Under the pieces are notes generated by a model, which worked only from the letters and a program-made list of their open reading frames with translations, searched no databases and had not been told where the DNA came from. Of a stretch of 64,000 bases of DNA, positions 43,801 to 48,048 are shown in pieces (position 1 is the first letter of the stretch; the number at the start of each line of letters is the position of its first letter). The stretch comes from a virus: the IMG/VR virus record IMGVR_UViG_3300026292_000006, positions 1 through 64,000 of that record; one strand, given 5' to 3'. A program made the position numbers and the translations under genes.

Positions 43801-45549
43801 GAATTCAGTCGAATATCCAGTACCAAAGTTGGTAATGTTGATATCAGTGATTTCACCGTTAAAAATGGTGGCAGCAGCAGTAGCACCAGTACCGCCTACA
43901 GGTACACCGTAAGCATCCTTGCGATCATCAACAATATAGACAGATGGAGCATCAGTATAACCCTGACCACCTGTTAACATCTCAATATTAGTAACAGAAC
44001 CAGATGCAACAGTCACATCAAGGACTTGAGCACCAATTGGGTCGATTATCTGGACTCTAGGGACGGAAGTATAACCTTTACCACGATTAACTACGTTAAT
44101 CTCATATAGTTGACCATCTTGGTTAATTTTTGCTATTGCTTGAGCATTGATACCGTCACCAGGTGCTGGATCAATGTAAACAGTTGGTGGATTACTATAT
44201 CCGAGACCCATCTCGGTAACACCGATGCTACCGATGTTAACTCTACCCTCACTATCGATAGTAGGTGCTGAAATCTTCGCTCCACCTGGATTCTGGAAAG
44301 AAATCGCAGGAATAAAGTCATAACCACTACCACTATTAGTAATAGTGATAGAATCAATCATACCAGTGGTGTCGTCAACGGTAAGCGACAGCTTCGCAGG
44401 TGTCCCGTTGGAGTTTGTAGGGGGAGCACACACTGGAACGGGTGGATTATATGAGGTATAACCTTGACCACCGTCAATAAGGGTTATATCCTTAATTCCA
44501 CCAATCAAAGACCTTGCTGTAGCACCACCACCGCTAGTTGATAGGATAGTTACCTTAGGGTTGAAGTCAATACGATATTTGCTACCACCTTCCTTGGGAA
44601 TTAGTGCTGTAATCTGCCCTGAGTCGTCCACAGAAGCGATTGCAGAGGCACCTGACCCATATTGGGGTGCGATATACTCTACAGAGCGAATATGGATAGA
44701 ATCAGCAGCACCAATAGGATTATTGAAGACAACTCTGTCTTGGAAAACAGTATAATCAGTATATGGCTCCTGAAGACGATTATTCTTCTTAATAATCAAT
44801 CCAATTTCAGAAGTTGGAGTATATGGTTGTGTATTTACTCGTAATGGATAATTTTTAGTATTCTGCCACTCTTCATAAGGAATAGCATCTGTAGTTTGGA
44901 CTACTTGATCAGAATAACCAATCAAATAGGTAAGTTGAGTAAATTGACTATCGTCTGCACCTGTCCTCATTCTAGGAGGCTCAGTAAAACGAATATTTGA
45001 CCCTTCTATGAAATAATCAACATTAGGCACCTTCATGTCATTGTAAGTAATGACAATTAAGTGTTCAGCAGAAGGTGGAGCAACAGGAGTACCTAAGAAT
45101 GATAATGGGAAGATGGTTTCAGTGCCATCAAACAAATCAAAGGGGTTTTCTAGTTGTTGCTTCTTCTTATTAAACTGACTAAACGAAATACCTGGAGTAA
45201 TAATGACATCAGGACCACGAGTCACGTCTTCGTAGTAAATGACCTCATTATCAATCATTATTGACCCATTTCTGGGTTGGAATCCATCAATTCCCTCTAC
45301 TTCAATCTTTTTATCATAGACACCAATATCCTTCAGCAGTTTAGTACTACTAGACAACTCCGTTGAGCTATACTGGTCAAGATCTAGGTATCCTAAAAGG
45401 TTGTTTAGGATATCATACGGTCTACCCGTTTTTTCTTGAGACTTGTAATACTCAAACAAGAAATTGACAAGTTGTCTGTCTTCCTGCCGAATGAAATCGG
45501 GTAGTTGGTATTCTACCCTATCCGATACGTTAATATTCTTCGTAGGCAT
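16807..45549 (-). CDS. gp7: Giant baseplate wedge initiator gp7-like multidomain protein (9580 aa)
   Basis: Uninterrupted 28.7-kb ORF directly after gp6. N-term QLPDFI...FLFEYYKSQE and IKNITDFYISKGT...LFKILFGE, plus KIQDSFFYQNFSYVVKS motifs typical of cyanophage gp7. Also contains YHYH-like, LamG-like, CBM-like, helical and beta repeats. Confidence 0.85.
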   Translation of the reverse strand: MPTKNINVSDRVEYQLPDFIRQEDRQLVNFLFEYYKSQEKTGRPYDILNNLLGYLDLDQYSSTELSSSTKLLKDIGVYDKKIEVEGIDGFQPRNGSIMIDNEVIYYEDVTRGPDVIITPGISFSQFNKKKQQLENPFDLFDGTETIFPLSFLGTPVAPPSAEHLIVITYNDMKVPNVDYFIEGSNIRFTEPPRMRTGADDSQFTQLTYLIGYSDQVVQTTDAIPYEEWQNTKNYPLRVNTQPYTPTSEIGLIIKKNNRLQEPYTDYTVFQDRVVFNNPIGAADSIHIRSVEYIAPQYGSGASAIASVDDSGQITALIPKEGGSKYRIDFNPKVTILSTSGGGATARSLIGGIKDITLIDGGQGYTSYNPPVPVCAPPTNSNGTPAKLSLTVDDTTGMIDSITITNSGSGYDFIPAISFQNPGGAKISAPTIDSEGRVNIGSIGVTEMGLGYSNPPTVYIDPAPGDGINAQAIAKINQDGQLYEINVVNRGKGYTSVPRVQIIDPIGAQVLDVTVASGSVTNIEMLTGGQGYTDAPSVYIVDDRKDAYGVPVGGTGATAAATIFNGEITDINITNFGTGYSTEFPPKIYIAEPQKARASVDVGFDQVTGFDILEEGIGYAPSAFLECSRGVSGPVAYDNLHNEIYAGEAALRQSNHNSGQTVVNLDSLFIKEVFDKFRRQYLPTIDIDFTSIDPVQVIKNITDFYISKGTKLATQYLFKILFGEEVDIYYPKDEIISPSHATWVVDTVLRAELISGDPSNLIDSEVNQYTDPVDNNVKDASALIENVITIIEGTDVIYELAISEETLEGSFVIPYKTKLVEPLTTTGQIITVDSTIGWPERNGTIILNDDEQVQYKEKSLNQFIECTRSKNGLVEDWDPGTIIYSDIFVYTNRGTAQECKLRILGIAEAGTTVLDNTGSYYLKGDKLKVANLGSTAEDQRLSSWLYNVKKLIQVASVTPGGVNNQTATIVCDNPHGLLVEDTVTIYGANPVVYNGTFVVTSRLDAYSFSYEIATPTEIIPQGNILLSVDLNRGKSTVTSINKVVSEFTTNIQNSFFNDEYVYVAASGLPNYKIGPFTGSALIPGNQRKLLRFPRLVQTISERKDVAAGTSIGAWVNGVSIWSYKSKEYVQFGPITNISVDEVGEGYDAGAKPNLEITGGGGSGAVAEVIVNGSLQSFDVTAEGTGYTESPLVSIVGGGGIGATAQAVITGGRVTRILVEQPGSGYTSQPSVSITGGGGTGAEATANVRGAISSISIINPGTGYTSLPSVRVNSGENALAQPIVINGRIVSIAIINSGNSYTTAPNVIINGDGFGAIARATIGTIGEDKGRVLGVTITNKGIGYTQGMTTVRLEAVGQLASFTPTVYQWNRNLEFDLADNYDIASGYVFTGYNNQFGGEYAHLSDPKELRYVVGDNVFLNPVTQQFQELASNYKHSPIIGWAYDGNPIYGPYGYIDPTDQNSGIRRMRTSYKLKTNVVYDETTNPNPARIDGPSLSTYPAGQFVADYYYDFQSGDLDNYNGRFCKTPEYPEGTYAYFITIDSSDAGIAQFPYIMGPQFNSLPDDWNFSQVATQENIPSGVVRYRDPFAEVDIDVDRQPNQEADVLTTEIEGYPLIFEIQDSNNDGIIDADEQQEILEMSEEATLQIYDYFPSVSTESRVDIEVETTTQFENAQIDGFVVENPGESYQVNDTVFFDNEGTGGFGASALIESVKGQQIVSYNKEMIGDRPYGHITTSEGHELRQQDEVIVNSRPVIDNTNKVYRVKVVAGVERINVLQEGSGYVEDIPPTFEVITPQGQDAQLEIRREMTGQVETVNIINSGNGYDEDNPPQIRVSHPQQFKKTRYWLSEYHEATGTINVHHTIQSPDRYTYICGSITETDGDMAAFLAKFDDLGQLIWERTLIPQNVGQKKLEFARMHLDSSLENDMIYVTGHYYDPNNATFNPDVWMGLYESGFNNANAPDGILKWQKAIAGISGSTRRDWVTSICLDQDKNIYLAGYTDSNSPDPNDMWVIQCDLDGDLVEKRKIASEDGDEELHQIQWISDDNFMFVGVNKENNDVLFGVFYYDGANIEISWIRQVPVTGGYVRNPRFVIDEYQDVVLIWDIYDNGAAKFDSIQINKFPLATANTQWEWTKTVTVSGSIDSINHAGISVDVFGNYTLISDVVESQNQRYSIIHYMKYDGSIISETKVDDTVNIGWQAKDHVVDNSGDCIVTLNRKQSDQLASYRFDTAGDIDFDNTKQNTATFNIYSVPDASLDTSFYRFGTSALKLSAVCPIKLSGYNLQNPEWSFQGWFSLATAQQSAQNTKPIFFDLTPIAGDSIQVELDGDSNSANFEKWVLYVNSVEVAVSTSATNWTAFAGAAWCHVTFQKREESLGLYRYEVFINGNQQVSYQSTSDISLQDMTIAGKYSGPVAGNSFIGWIDDLVVDDKAPYATAAYTMPSDQLPVTTSDSDIALVKFDRLHSRRGSYTATGIDKYTNFALTDISTQTTWVALSAGAITLWEAGPGGLQILDMSQAPSTYIPGTYTLTQKQYQYASKTSTIPSPQGKKLLITADVISKFYMRDALYQKIDNVMEFTFSQDIKLTKGSIIQQFNTAGVTQAYGTIVEVPTGTLLNPGVGTKYKVGKIYGTFNNTDRYRTDVGDVNQIAGTYFNTEEPESPWAAGTAYAQGDRVYSDKKIYEAQGAGTSGTITPEHTAGVQSDGVINWAFIDDAGKFTIDLTQHPYPRPQYLGMDMPEWDSGLLYVEGQKVWHKLNVYTVASGGAGVAGTTPPVHDTGDASDGGVTWSHVSTSESIATYTRHLPYDQGNNYSVQIQEIHPGSTYIPEDVVSLNSGNVTVAEDEKSVVISGFASVKKITVTARLEKDLIRTATARTNQIYCTSNSAHGFKVGDILFTEGFQGLQFNGSFFVDQVIGTREFTFGIREVALDDPAFNANAISNINIYAKHPTLEFTRSHQYVFDISDTTNFGYYLSFSQDNQYKLEYSFNNIERSGTPGVPSGGGSYPFVKFSVLGDVTNISYYFDPSRVGANSPVGENSFIDVITTPFDGTFAISEIVSDTEFKFPLLKEPERQSAEIINDEFDNPYSYYSTTSLRAVGPINSIKLVSAGGFYQKLPIISDIASFRQIEKVVITSGGTEYAPGVYYDVPIAGDGEGAKCTVTVEVDDTVGSGTLTNVAVTDPGKGYTTASIDIDAIPGILGSQLAGSGGAVNVVIPEEGTGASVFLTGTNIGKIKRLKNNEFGFGYSHDYTLKPEITFPVNLQLFNTSILSQITITNPGSGYTSTPAVVITGGGGSGASAEAVVKNNRLNEIIIKNPGSGYSSEPTVTLKSEFNYVVNLDLNYLQFNFPHGITTGAEVQFRADTIGTTVGELPKPSTAGLTSLVEGQVYYAIAGEAAGLESDQIRFGLTLQSAQAGDYITFLTQGEGRQTLLTEVFGGKATAVVETSRFLEGEEVFQGSTVETSTATGIVSTNTGWQIGPKILKIVDYTGDWKAGEKVTGIISKASGIIDNLSIARGVLNIGSLTETPGRFIDDIGKPSEIVQKIQDSFFYQNFSYVVKSETPITEWKTQVLENNHPAGFNMFGQLQLTGGKDVSGRKIGTEFTKQVNINNYSNVNQITSFGAAQPIYTDYNNTEVLFRKKRLTSSEEILTSIVKKLDDISPQFNGIDKQFPITVEGEQVIVQQNQLMITLNGVIQAPGESYQVVGPNLVFSEPPKPASKVNYRILGVTPTPIYRIALYTSGGGSNYGIFPTLGQTVQGVFSDAFGTVIDSGLNHIDVINVGPGTFQLNEEIVRGEIFSALVESVTLVNTETIFRFGESVTNLEGDTAIIEETNVVDGVVNDRLVVSKTSGTAKFETGIFDLKLNEYIYSASSKIAGQITFISPYVDPITSEVVDELIINRGSTFFGLLFERLVSLENPNVILDDISQSSITPTELYNDEERINADFLDFEEVRTTEITYTNLANGNIEVGDRIVSKDVDYGNPVSTFHGIAGNRFLDAKRNVANNKQEIIDFAEASIAIDYPDYYFPSDVITNNWSRFKDAYRLIQKNKAMIAGMAFDDMKTQYPSSSIPSDAKCKRDIEYFVDALAIDMYAGGNRYTRKFCQQYFDVNGTFTYINGQSAETKFAYEKATDRMNAALANQYSGTISAVNSGDSWTAYQDTTITADPSPGDDYGTNGSNASNTDANNCSDVQAAVTTLWNIVETTLTNGNLGELPDETEGTYSPHQEKCRRDLGYMIDALANDLGSGGNFNIVEFTKKFFDDAGVPLTNGIVGEEAEAVHAFTQAAELAKRAINNLMYWKDLSGIGYNLNDPTTYSGGTAPAHRYDANYGTGNNQDIANCANVKTYIDTLAGIATTAMTAGNLTNVNALASITDGTFQDGETVRTTKLAYKDKSTGLFATGDVIKGVTSGASATSIGANSGLKWIFTSGITGNFQLNEIITNSTLTVQGAVTQSVIVKKPELTGTKSIYIPTSGYIAAADSYDYNFGTGDFTISGWFRPGVNVGTQYLFDLRRLDVNSGLNVRFDGQQLKVYNGTTLGISSTNVFTTTGTWYHIEIVRSSNVTQAYVNGAQVGANWTDNNDYQYAPFWLGMSFQTLSGWTGHIDNFYVKKGVADHSSGFTPSNQFDPNELNIVLGLDGEAPFIVSTTSVYATYTGQNTSSATAKKVDYDERDIIIEDVDLGRQEYRNCADILDLNGPWIAEEAVGMMKATFSDFTIRGDDPASNFYGGTNTCIRDTKDYILGAIIKDLHEGGNYHTLYTARTYLTASGKLDHIQEEVLQALYTWDKVVDLCITVLTTTSSDLAGTYTSKLRVPNNFSTPASTAVQDYIKALGRDLLEVVAPNDVRFRDSGVLIWKNRDYIAEETAEYIQNKYQQTINSTNYDFLEMPGYGQPYCERDIKDHILPAVINDLCTGGTYQTQHVIDNYLDSNQNILHVEHEINPMLDAIEFAKMLCMKALNNLLLSPGEVAAEFGVPAQVQEDYYSPLYTTNTAYRDDTIVIEDEGFPYATRSQNDRFLDAVEMIQRNKHVIAKEVVGVMNDLSKFEGLNIPGGAVNCEDDVLDMIDSISHDIQYDCNEKTYDAAALYIETEDNSLKHIEGEWEASITVVKLLRDMCALVMRNALGRDYHDEGNPEFKPVETYEQNPREEVYKLCGDAIDGNIRYIAEQAVAEGTKQFPSLNIPGGPINCVHDVTDILRAMVFNLKYGGNNYLQYGTEFYVNSGGNLLHVTSQATESVWIVNKAKEYAIRAMKDQIITNNAGHSVNQRFYDATPKPTNRLFISNPAGTGQGAGGGGGGITTTMNNSLTRDFSFGESNISTSDSSIGITPDEDAVFRLVTTLPSSSPVDCTLFEAGSATSGVWLGIRDSGTYLRLRAGTATNSYSGGASYTSDTGLAMLDLQISNLTSYFDGGDHEISFEIRVGGDIGTGPGRVKMWIDGTPVGEATTPGQTNTGLTGGSGIFADADYAGFGVTTSSRPNGEPVQTNTFVVNVGPTPKIAYDVSHADYDASTGDLVLNVGSHDFTNNTKIQLKTNSLIFSCTQDGNATNHSYPRSGDPVGNTAVDIIDVGVLPFTPTDAAYNPHSGVMTVTVPSHNFADSTTHTATDADYDPDSGILEVTIPGHGFSTGDQVKIHTGSLVFTCSQDNHGSNHGYPREKDPAGDQWLAIEEVTLNTFKVQVGQTAKREYDVSNATYDQATGELMLDVGDHNFVEATNHVATDAEFTAKTGMLKIHASKHGFGNGDQILIQDNSMTFTCDMDNHYTNHVYPRSTDPASGKWLAVENATEDSFEVNIGESPIKHFTPSGASYNSATGELTLTIGAHQLSTGTHVKITPYSLNFTCAMDNYKSIHPYPRITDPVHNEPIAITGTTSNSITLNVGTTPQVNFTPTDADYDPLSGDLVLHIGNHDLRGRSRYPVSNAQYNPLTGIMTITSNGHNIGNGDMVKIKPNSLTFTCDMDGNATEHSYPRLTDPVAGQWLPVTGSTTNTFNVNVGMSTSVNLTPSAVDFTPTTGLMKMTLGNNWLKGPETHHNTSAAYNPTTGIMTLTIVDHGFSNGDRVMIAKNSINFNCTLDGGFSEHRYPRVGDPAATQWLDVTNVTKDTFDVQVLNSVPSTNQSAHTFIPETGITPTGATFDTATGVMTITSGTHYLSDGDYIKISDNAVVFRCDQDGQASDHAYPRSTDPVSGKWIQVFNCTNTNFSIQVLENVPCTNTTTHVFQSAVANSIHRGNIIKGGDAVKVQTNSLTFTCAQDDHATNHTYPRASGSNYTLNSGADPVYNKPTPVHSVGTSLHTVTTAAYNPQLGIMTLTVPNHGFTAPSTMTATDGSYDVTTSVMTLFVQGHGLHDGDKIMLTDGAVTWRCEKDDNSTTHTYPRSTDPISGKWVTVHNVTGDYFDITTGRFFGHNAITNDTVHTFSSGSQGGIWKANDKIKMDPESITFTCAKDGNATNHAYPRMSDPSHHEWLPISNVNQNTFDVHVGKSQDTSTHTFVSAKSSGVERPDGTVTLMVGISSNTTEHTFVSAASGCVQTGGNHVHSFVAENALTPTNAGYNPTTGIMTLTINGHGLLEGDRVKLDDNAVTFRCDQDGQSSDHPYPRNTDPVSGQWIPIENVTTNTFDVKVLFDVPSTNVTTHVFQSAAASSVHTYAVWRDGDSIRIDDDSLIFTCAQDGHGSNHTYPRASGSNYSGDLAITAGADPYYQNSIKVEDVTRERKTATNVNYIPTTGVMTITLGASHGVSNGDRIKIAPHSITLKCDKDNNATNHTYPRVTDPTFDQWLTVSNAQATTIDVNVGISGVNDVYNHTFVSADANGIHHQTGKIRVNVGKSSNQTQHIFVGTAGLTPVIAGGNYAHAFVSANSGAIHTGGDYNHKFVSATHLTPTDAAYNPSTGVMTITSADHGIHIGNYVKLHEGAVTFTCQQDSGASYHSYPRKTDPANDRWLKVLARTNDTFDVKVLNNTPSTNTTAHTFKSAATNSVLLATFMKANDTVSLATDGLTFTCSMDGNATEHTYPRVTDPAYKESLKIISNGVTHHTPTGASYTPSNGNLDLTITGHSFSAGDKIMIEDDSILFTCTMDGNSSAKAYPRGSDPVSRQWRELSVVDANTIRINVGTTANTTKNVNDADYDPNTGKLKLNIGAHNLKSGQNIKLADGSLTFTCAQDSFGSNHTYPRTTIDTHTATNASYNGDTGYLTLTVAGHGLDDGSLIKIDDNGLTFRCDFDGNTSDHTYPRSSDPVSGKWLKLKNVTTDTFDVNVGKTPFIGYDPQDVDYNPSTGVMKVITGPHNVEVGEKIWIAKEGFVFTCAQDNHQTLHAYPRTSDPAYNTPVTVTAVEQGSISFNILSSAPSTNTTAHTFIKHAGVTPTAISYNGTTGFMTVTVENHGMANGEAIKFEDYSLVFTCNKDSHATEHVYPRPTDYSSGTWLTIDNVTTDTFRVKVLDKTPSTNTSAHTFIRAHKGAIKRAAFKSGGAYTHAFQSAVGSSIKQKRDRAYDHSIVIENTGDAKYTATAASFVATTGVLTLTVANNPFSNGDMIKLADNSIIFTCDMDGHATQHSYPRSTDPASNKYLEISNVSGNNFDVNVGATPLAPYNVSDATYEPTTGLMTLDIGPHPFRSASAHTITGATYDAVTGMMTVTVPDHGFVIGDRVHFTPDSISFNCGMDGNISNKTYPRPSDPLADLWVDVENITTNTFDVYVGNTPQETFSVTNATYSPTSGDLVLTIGDHHLQVNESVKLVADSLVFTCDYNGDGNTTQKTYPRAAGSAATGTGGSDYVYDTAITITAVTGTTITLNVNGGQGAITDTTAHNFVLTASAQNCVISGGQHTHVFSSAVANGLHRATSSVKLVDDGLSFKCAQDNFSTTHTYPRAAGVTQSTVTAADYNPNTGRLRLTVASHGYNENDWIKIADNSLTFRCMQDSNGSDHTYPRSSDPISGKWIQIRDVTTNTFDVVVLDTIPSTNVTAHTFQTASANGITHKKDPYYDTALPIHSVTGHTITINIGKSSNTSVHNWAGGTSVGAVSGGGQYTHTFVSAVTDGIHWKDSEITIDVGAATYLGEHRFVSATSGAVKVGGDFTHTFDSAVAGCVHRQNGWITLDVGVAAANNQYAHTFVSAIPGVLIGGGNYDHKFVSATSNGIEKANTYVWLEDGAIHMTCDRDDNESIHAYPRATDPGSDEWLAVSNCTATTFDLFMGKSPDKSDHTFVAAKTGGVKKQTGTITINVGIGGVGNRYAHTFVSAINGAVIKGGDYRHTWVSGASNAITVVDSGVQLTPTDGYYNPVTGDLTLTVVGHTLTQNDNITLAPRSIVFTCTSDQNATNHYYPRATDYADDRVLPITAVNSWAYPVSTKLEYWRGRLVDYNYTGTESSNVESEITSLIQFVTDGIQNPGIVNGRAYQMPICWPIKYTPDVVVRDLSVTWDANNGGSGQVGNWNQTCPESASALSTLTDIFINTIREAAENNVNYLTASVTKTFPYNGNTVYQAGTCYDCTSATETLFDIMTHTLGAGMVNQKRVANVLLFNTQSISQRAFTETQQQYPTTNLTIDFALDVLKAVRYDLVTGGNAGAFKLSQGWFDGEGTFIAFPTTTRSHILYCLTRIREYIKSVMYLHTSDAVWANYDVYIPTDRFEWNQEAVEFMVDSSLNPIEFALERSTFATEARIQFISSTDVVNLSNKYEVGKDWNTDPALVLLTPEVEVGFERAEYRVRINRANNFRRGDILSYIPASQTSLQGLATQPYFYCLTATAEWFEIGVSPIHDGRFRTFQLDTSNSGAQIFAVERRSGINRTAPTYPSDPSVTPIQGGFNPADVIFGGTSDASAEISAITMNAANIRQIFTHFVTSNQSQNNSVYQTFTNGEEVVVQGAVTNKGFVLQAGAVSETGTSFLKIHTISGAINQNDVLEGTTSGTTATVDSSSDRFFTNLKMGSFNQGDWFFDRDSSVEGYISEFANKSGSLTGNTGGRITIDVETIKDPWVPGDVIYGSVTSYILDVKGISGTQIQLNQFVHGRAVYELNLGTAIIDTGVNDTFNVGDEVILLQGTTEKNPGFHATVTKYTNDPDNGIHKLWIGNLVPVGIGAPISEITDPNNNIGKLVVGSNFPSIYAGVSSYTTTDFSSYAKVVAIEQQGITATIWVEDAVGEFVDNMSIISDDGWGGAVSSARTLEGRVNRYFRGFDGVQTTFDLTVANGEAYFPDPAGHLLAFVNGILQPPGATNAYVAFSDKIQFTEPPVIGSQYIGYYVGKLRQLDDISFEFDSLRSSFNLKRQGLFYSLTLTEGVSSNVIRPENNIIVSLNGIIQEPGIAYEIVGSRIIFAEVPRFGATFVGFSYIGSDADVIAATVVPPIEAGDNLDIEGEEFSREVALIESSNSLITFEYTGSVKGRNAAALANITSGQLTNAVLTNPGDGYTSRPNVDVISSSGFDARLKALMGVSRVDVKTAGTGYQSPVVAIDNEVPDDWTPPIGSPINGGFDVLAGEGPEGQEGGGVTPGTIAIATDPVNVTVNQGQTAGFTVVSTVTNDETMNYQWQKKEYGTQTWSNIIGANQATYNTGNTAQNDDGDEYRVAITASGATPVYSLSAVLTVQTGATVISNFSPTQIFDDI
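20580..29125 (-). repeat. 27 nested ~100-aa Cys/His repeat domains within gp7
   Basis: Consensus TPTxAxYxPxTGxMTLTxxxH-GDxIKIxxxSLxFxCxxDxxxxxHxYPRxxDP-WLxIxxVT-NTFDVxVG-HTFVSA; 27 YPR cores counted by hand. Confidence 0.85.
29800..33590 (-). repeat. Helical repeat domains (RFxDA...N+..IA..A / CxRD+xY++xA+xxD+xxGGN) within gp7
   Basis: Six copies here (e.g. KCKRDIEYFVDALAIDMYAGGN, KCRRDLGYMIDALANDLGSGGN, TCIRDTKDYILGAIIKDLHEGGN) plus one degenerate copy near 19.8-20.1 kb. Confidence 0.75.
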
Positions 45550-45554
45550 CTATC

Positions 45555-47633
45555 TTAGAAACAAGATTCGCTGACTGGATACGTGAATGCATCCGTTGGA
45601 TAATCAATGATATTTATACCCCCAATGTTACCGTAATTGTAACCATTAAAGTTGTTAGGATCGAAGTTGGGGATTGACACATCGTTGATTGTGTAGTCAA
45701 TTGGATTGACTGTTGGGTTAAAGATTGAGGGGTCAACACCTGGTGGGATTGTAAGTGATCCACCAGCTGGAAGTACCTGAATAGGTAATCTGGTAGTGCC
45801 ATCAGGGGTGCCCTGAATAGCAATAGGTCCGACACAGACCTGACCTGTTTTATAATCAACTGTTCCGACAGCTGGATTGAGGATTACCTCAGTCTCATCT
45901 CTCTTCGTCACTAGAATCAAGTTTCCTTTACCGTCATCTCTAATATTTACTGCAACTAATACAACATTGTCAGTATTAGTTGAAATTACTGGACTACTTA
46001 TCTGAGCATTTGTAGATCCGTCAGAAAGTGTCAAATTAACGAGGTCTTCAGTGTAACCAGTGGCATAAAAAGTACCAGATTTGACTACAGCGAAGGATGG
46101 AGCACAAGCATCGCCATCTTTATCACCTGCAAGGTCAGATGGGTCAAAAAGTGGGTTTCCAAAGTCTAAGCATTGGGTAAATACGTTACCAAAGGTGAAT
46201 TTATCGAGATTTTGACCTAAAGTCATCTGAGTAACGTTACCTGATATAGCAGTATCACTACTATCAATCATAGAACCGAATTTAGACCCATCTAAGCGAT
46301 TTCCAAATCTATTATTCTGTTGAGTAGTGTTAAATTGGTCAATTGCCTGTAAAACCTTAGTTGCGAGTTGAGCACCAGTCAAAGATGTCTCTCCACCATT
46401 GTAGTAAATGTAAGATTTCGGAATAAGGTAGAAACTTGTTGGGTCAATGATGACTGGCTCGATAGAAGCAACAGAATACTTCTTCAAATCGTTTTTAATC
46501 CTTGCCTTTGTACTAGCATTGAGTTTATTTCCCGTTTTTGGTCTAATTGCAATGTAAACCTTACCATATATGGGTGGAGATAGTTTCTCACCACCATAAG
46601 CGGTCACAGATGCTGCCTGAGGGTAGATTTCAGATACTATATGCTCATAGTCATTCTCAGTAACTGCTCTATTCTGGGTTGCATACGCTCTAGGTGCTCT
46701 AAACTTGACTGATAGACCAGTTTCACGCTCTTCACCGTCTTGAGAAGCGTCTTTAGTATGAATAGAGATGCCAGCAGGGGCAATTACCCTTCCATCAGAG
46801 TCAATTATGTTGCCGATGTAGTCAAAATTACGACATCCGTTAGCTTCAACACCATAAGTGGTAACATAGTTGATTGTGATGAATTCTCCATCAATCAATT
46901 TACGTCCTAAGACCCCATCTCCGAATAAAAGACGGTATCTAAGGTCATCTGTCTCCTCCAAATAGTAAATTCTGGAGGTTGCATTCAATGCTGTAGCATT
47001 TGATACCAAATTATAGGTATCAGTCTCTGAAGATTGAGCATTTGGACTGATATCTACGGTCAAAAGACCTGTATCAACGTTTTCAGCAGGGATAACGAAT
47101 TCTTGTTTCTTAGTATAGTCCACTGTATAGTGGAATGACATCAAATTACCTTGATATACCAAGACATTATCGAAAGTTGCTAGTCCAGTAGAGGTATCTA
47201 CAGGGACTTTAATGTCCTGAAGCACTGCAAAGGTAAAATTATCACTATCATTCTCTGCAACAAAGACATCACCCTTCTGAAGAGTAGCAAATTCGGGGAA
47301 TGTAGTACCATTTAAGGCAGTAGTTGTCTGAGCAATGATTTTAAGACACGCCCTAGGTGCCTTAATTGACCTTGGGGTGTAGTTTAACTGCTTTGCAATC
47401 CTTACAATGTTATCTCTAACAGTAGCAGTCTCTAAAAATGCCTCATTTAATGCCATATTAGCATTGAAGGCAGTGTAATAAGTGTTATAAGCGAGGATGT
47501 CAATCAAATAAGACGCAGAGCTTCCCTCAAAATCATAATCTGTAAACTCTTTTCGAGTCCTAAGATAGGATTTGATGGATTCTTTGATTTCAAAGAAGTC
47601 TAGCGACGTTAATTGTGATGGAATAGCTGACAT
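45555..47633 (-). CDS. gp6: Baseplate wedge subunit gp6
   Basis: 692 aa; LDFFEIKESIKSYL...FTDYDFEGS...LIDILAYNTYY...NE.FL.TA..R, QNRAVTENDY and GKVYIAIRP are gp6 signatures. Confidence 0.93.
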   Translation of the reverse strand: MSAIPSQLTSLDFFEIKESIKSYLRTRKEFTDYDFEGSSASYLIDILAYNTYYTAFNANMALNEAFLETATVRDNIVRIAKQLNYTPRSIKAPRACLKIIAQTTTALNGTTFPEFATLQKGDVFVAENDSDNFTFAVLQDIKVPVDTSTGLATFDNVLVYQGNLMSFHYTVDYTKKQEFVIPAENVDTGLLTVDISPNAQSSETDTYNLVSNATALNATSRIYYLEETDDLRYRLLFGDGVLGRKLIDGEFITINYVTTYGVEANGCRNFDYIGNIIDSDGRVIAPAGISIHTKDASQDGEERETGLSVKFRAPRAYATQNRAVTENDYEHIVSEIYPQAASVTAYGGEKLSPPIYGKVYIAIRPKTGNKLNASTKARIKNDLKKYSVASIEPVIIDPTSFYLIPKSYIYYNGGETSLTGAQLATKVLQAIDQFNTTQQNNRFGNRLDGSKFGSMIDSSDTAISGNVTQMTLGQNLDKFTFGNVFTQCLDFGNPLFDPSDLAGDKDGDACAPSFAVVKSGTFYATGYTEDLVNLTLSDGSTNAQISSPVISTNTDNVVLVAVNIRDDGKGNLILVTKRDETEVILNPAVGTVDYKTGQVCVGPIAIQGTPDGTTRLPIQVLPAGGSLTIPPGVDPSIFNPTVNPIDYTINDVSIPNFDPNNFNGYNYGNIGGINIIDYPTDAFTYPVSESCF

Positions 47634-47634
47634 T

Positions 47635-48048
47635 TTACGCTCTTTCTAGTAGAAAGTCTACTGTTTGTGTTTGGGACTCACCTACAATCGTATAGTCAAT
47701 AGAAACGAATGCTGCATTCGTATCTGATTCATCTCGAATATTTACATTAGTAACCTCAATTCGTGGTTCTAGTCTTTGGAGACAATTCATTATCTCTCCT
47801 TTGATGGAATCCACTGAGAATGGATCCCATGGTTCGAATAATAGTGCTTTGACACGAGATCCGATATTCTGCTGAAATGGTCTCTCTCCAAATTCGGTAA
47901 GAATTAGATTACGCACCGATTGCTTTATAGCATTTACATTTTTTACCACGCCAATATCTCCAGTCGAAGGGTTAGCATTAAAGGATATTGCTAAGTCTTT
48001 GAATCCTCTGGAGACATATTTTTCAGATCTGAATCTGTATGATGGCAT
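47635..48048 (-). CDS. gp25: Baseplate wedge subunit gp25
   Basis: 137 aa; AIKQSVRNLILTEFGERPFQQNIGS...EPRI (GPW/gp25 family); upstream of gp6. Confidence 0.92.
   Translation of the reverse strand: MPSYRFRSEKYVSRGFKDLAISFNANPSTGDIGVVKNVNAIKQSVRNLILTEFGERPFQQNIGSRVKALLFEPWDPFSVDSIKGEIMNCLQRLEPRIEVTNVNIRDESDTNAAFVSIDYTIVGESQTQTVDFLLERA

Noticed and set aside
16807-45549. Inteins or introns explaining the size of gp7
   Set aside because: No intein splice-junction or homing endonuclease motifs recognised, and the frame is uninterrupted; size is explained by domain repeats.
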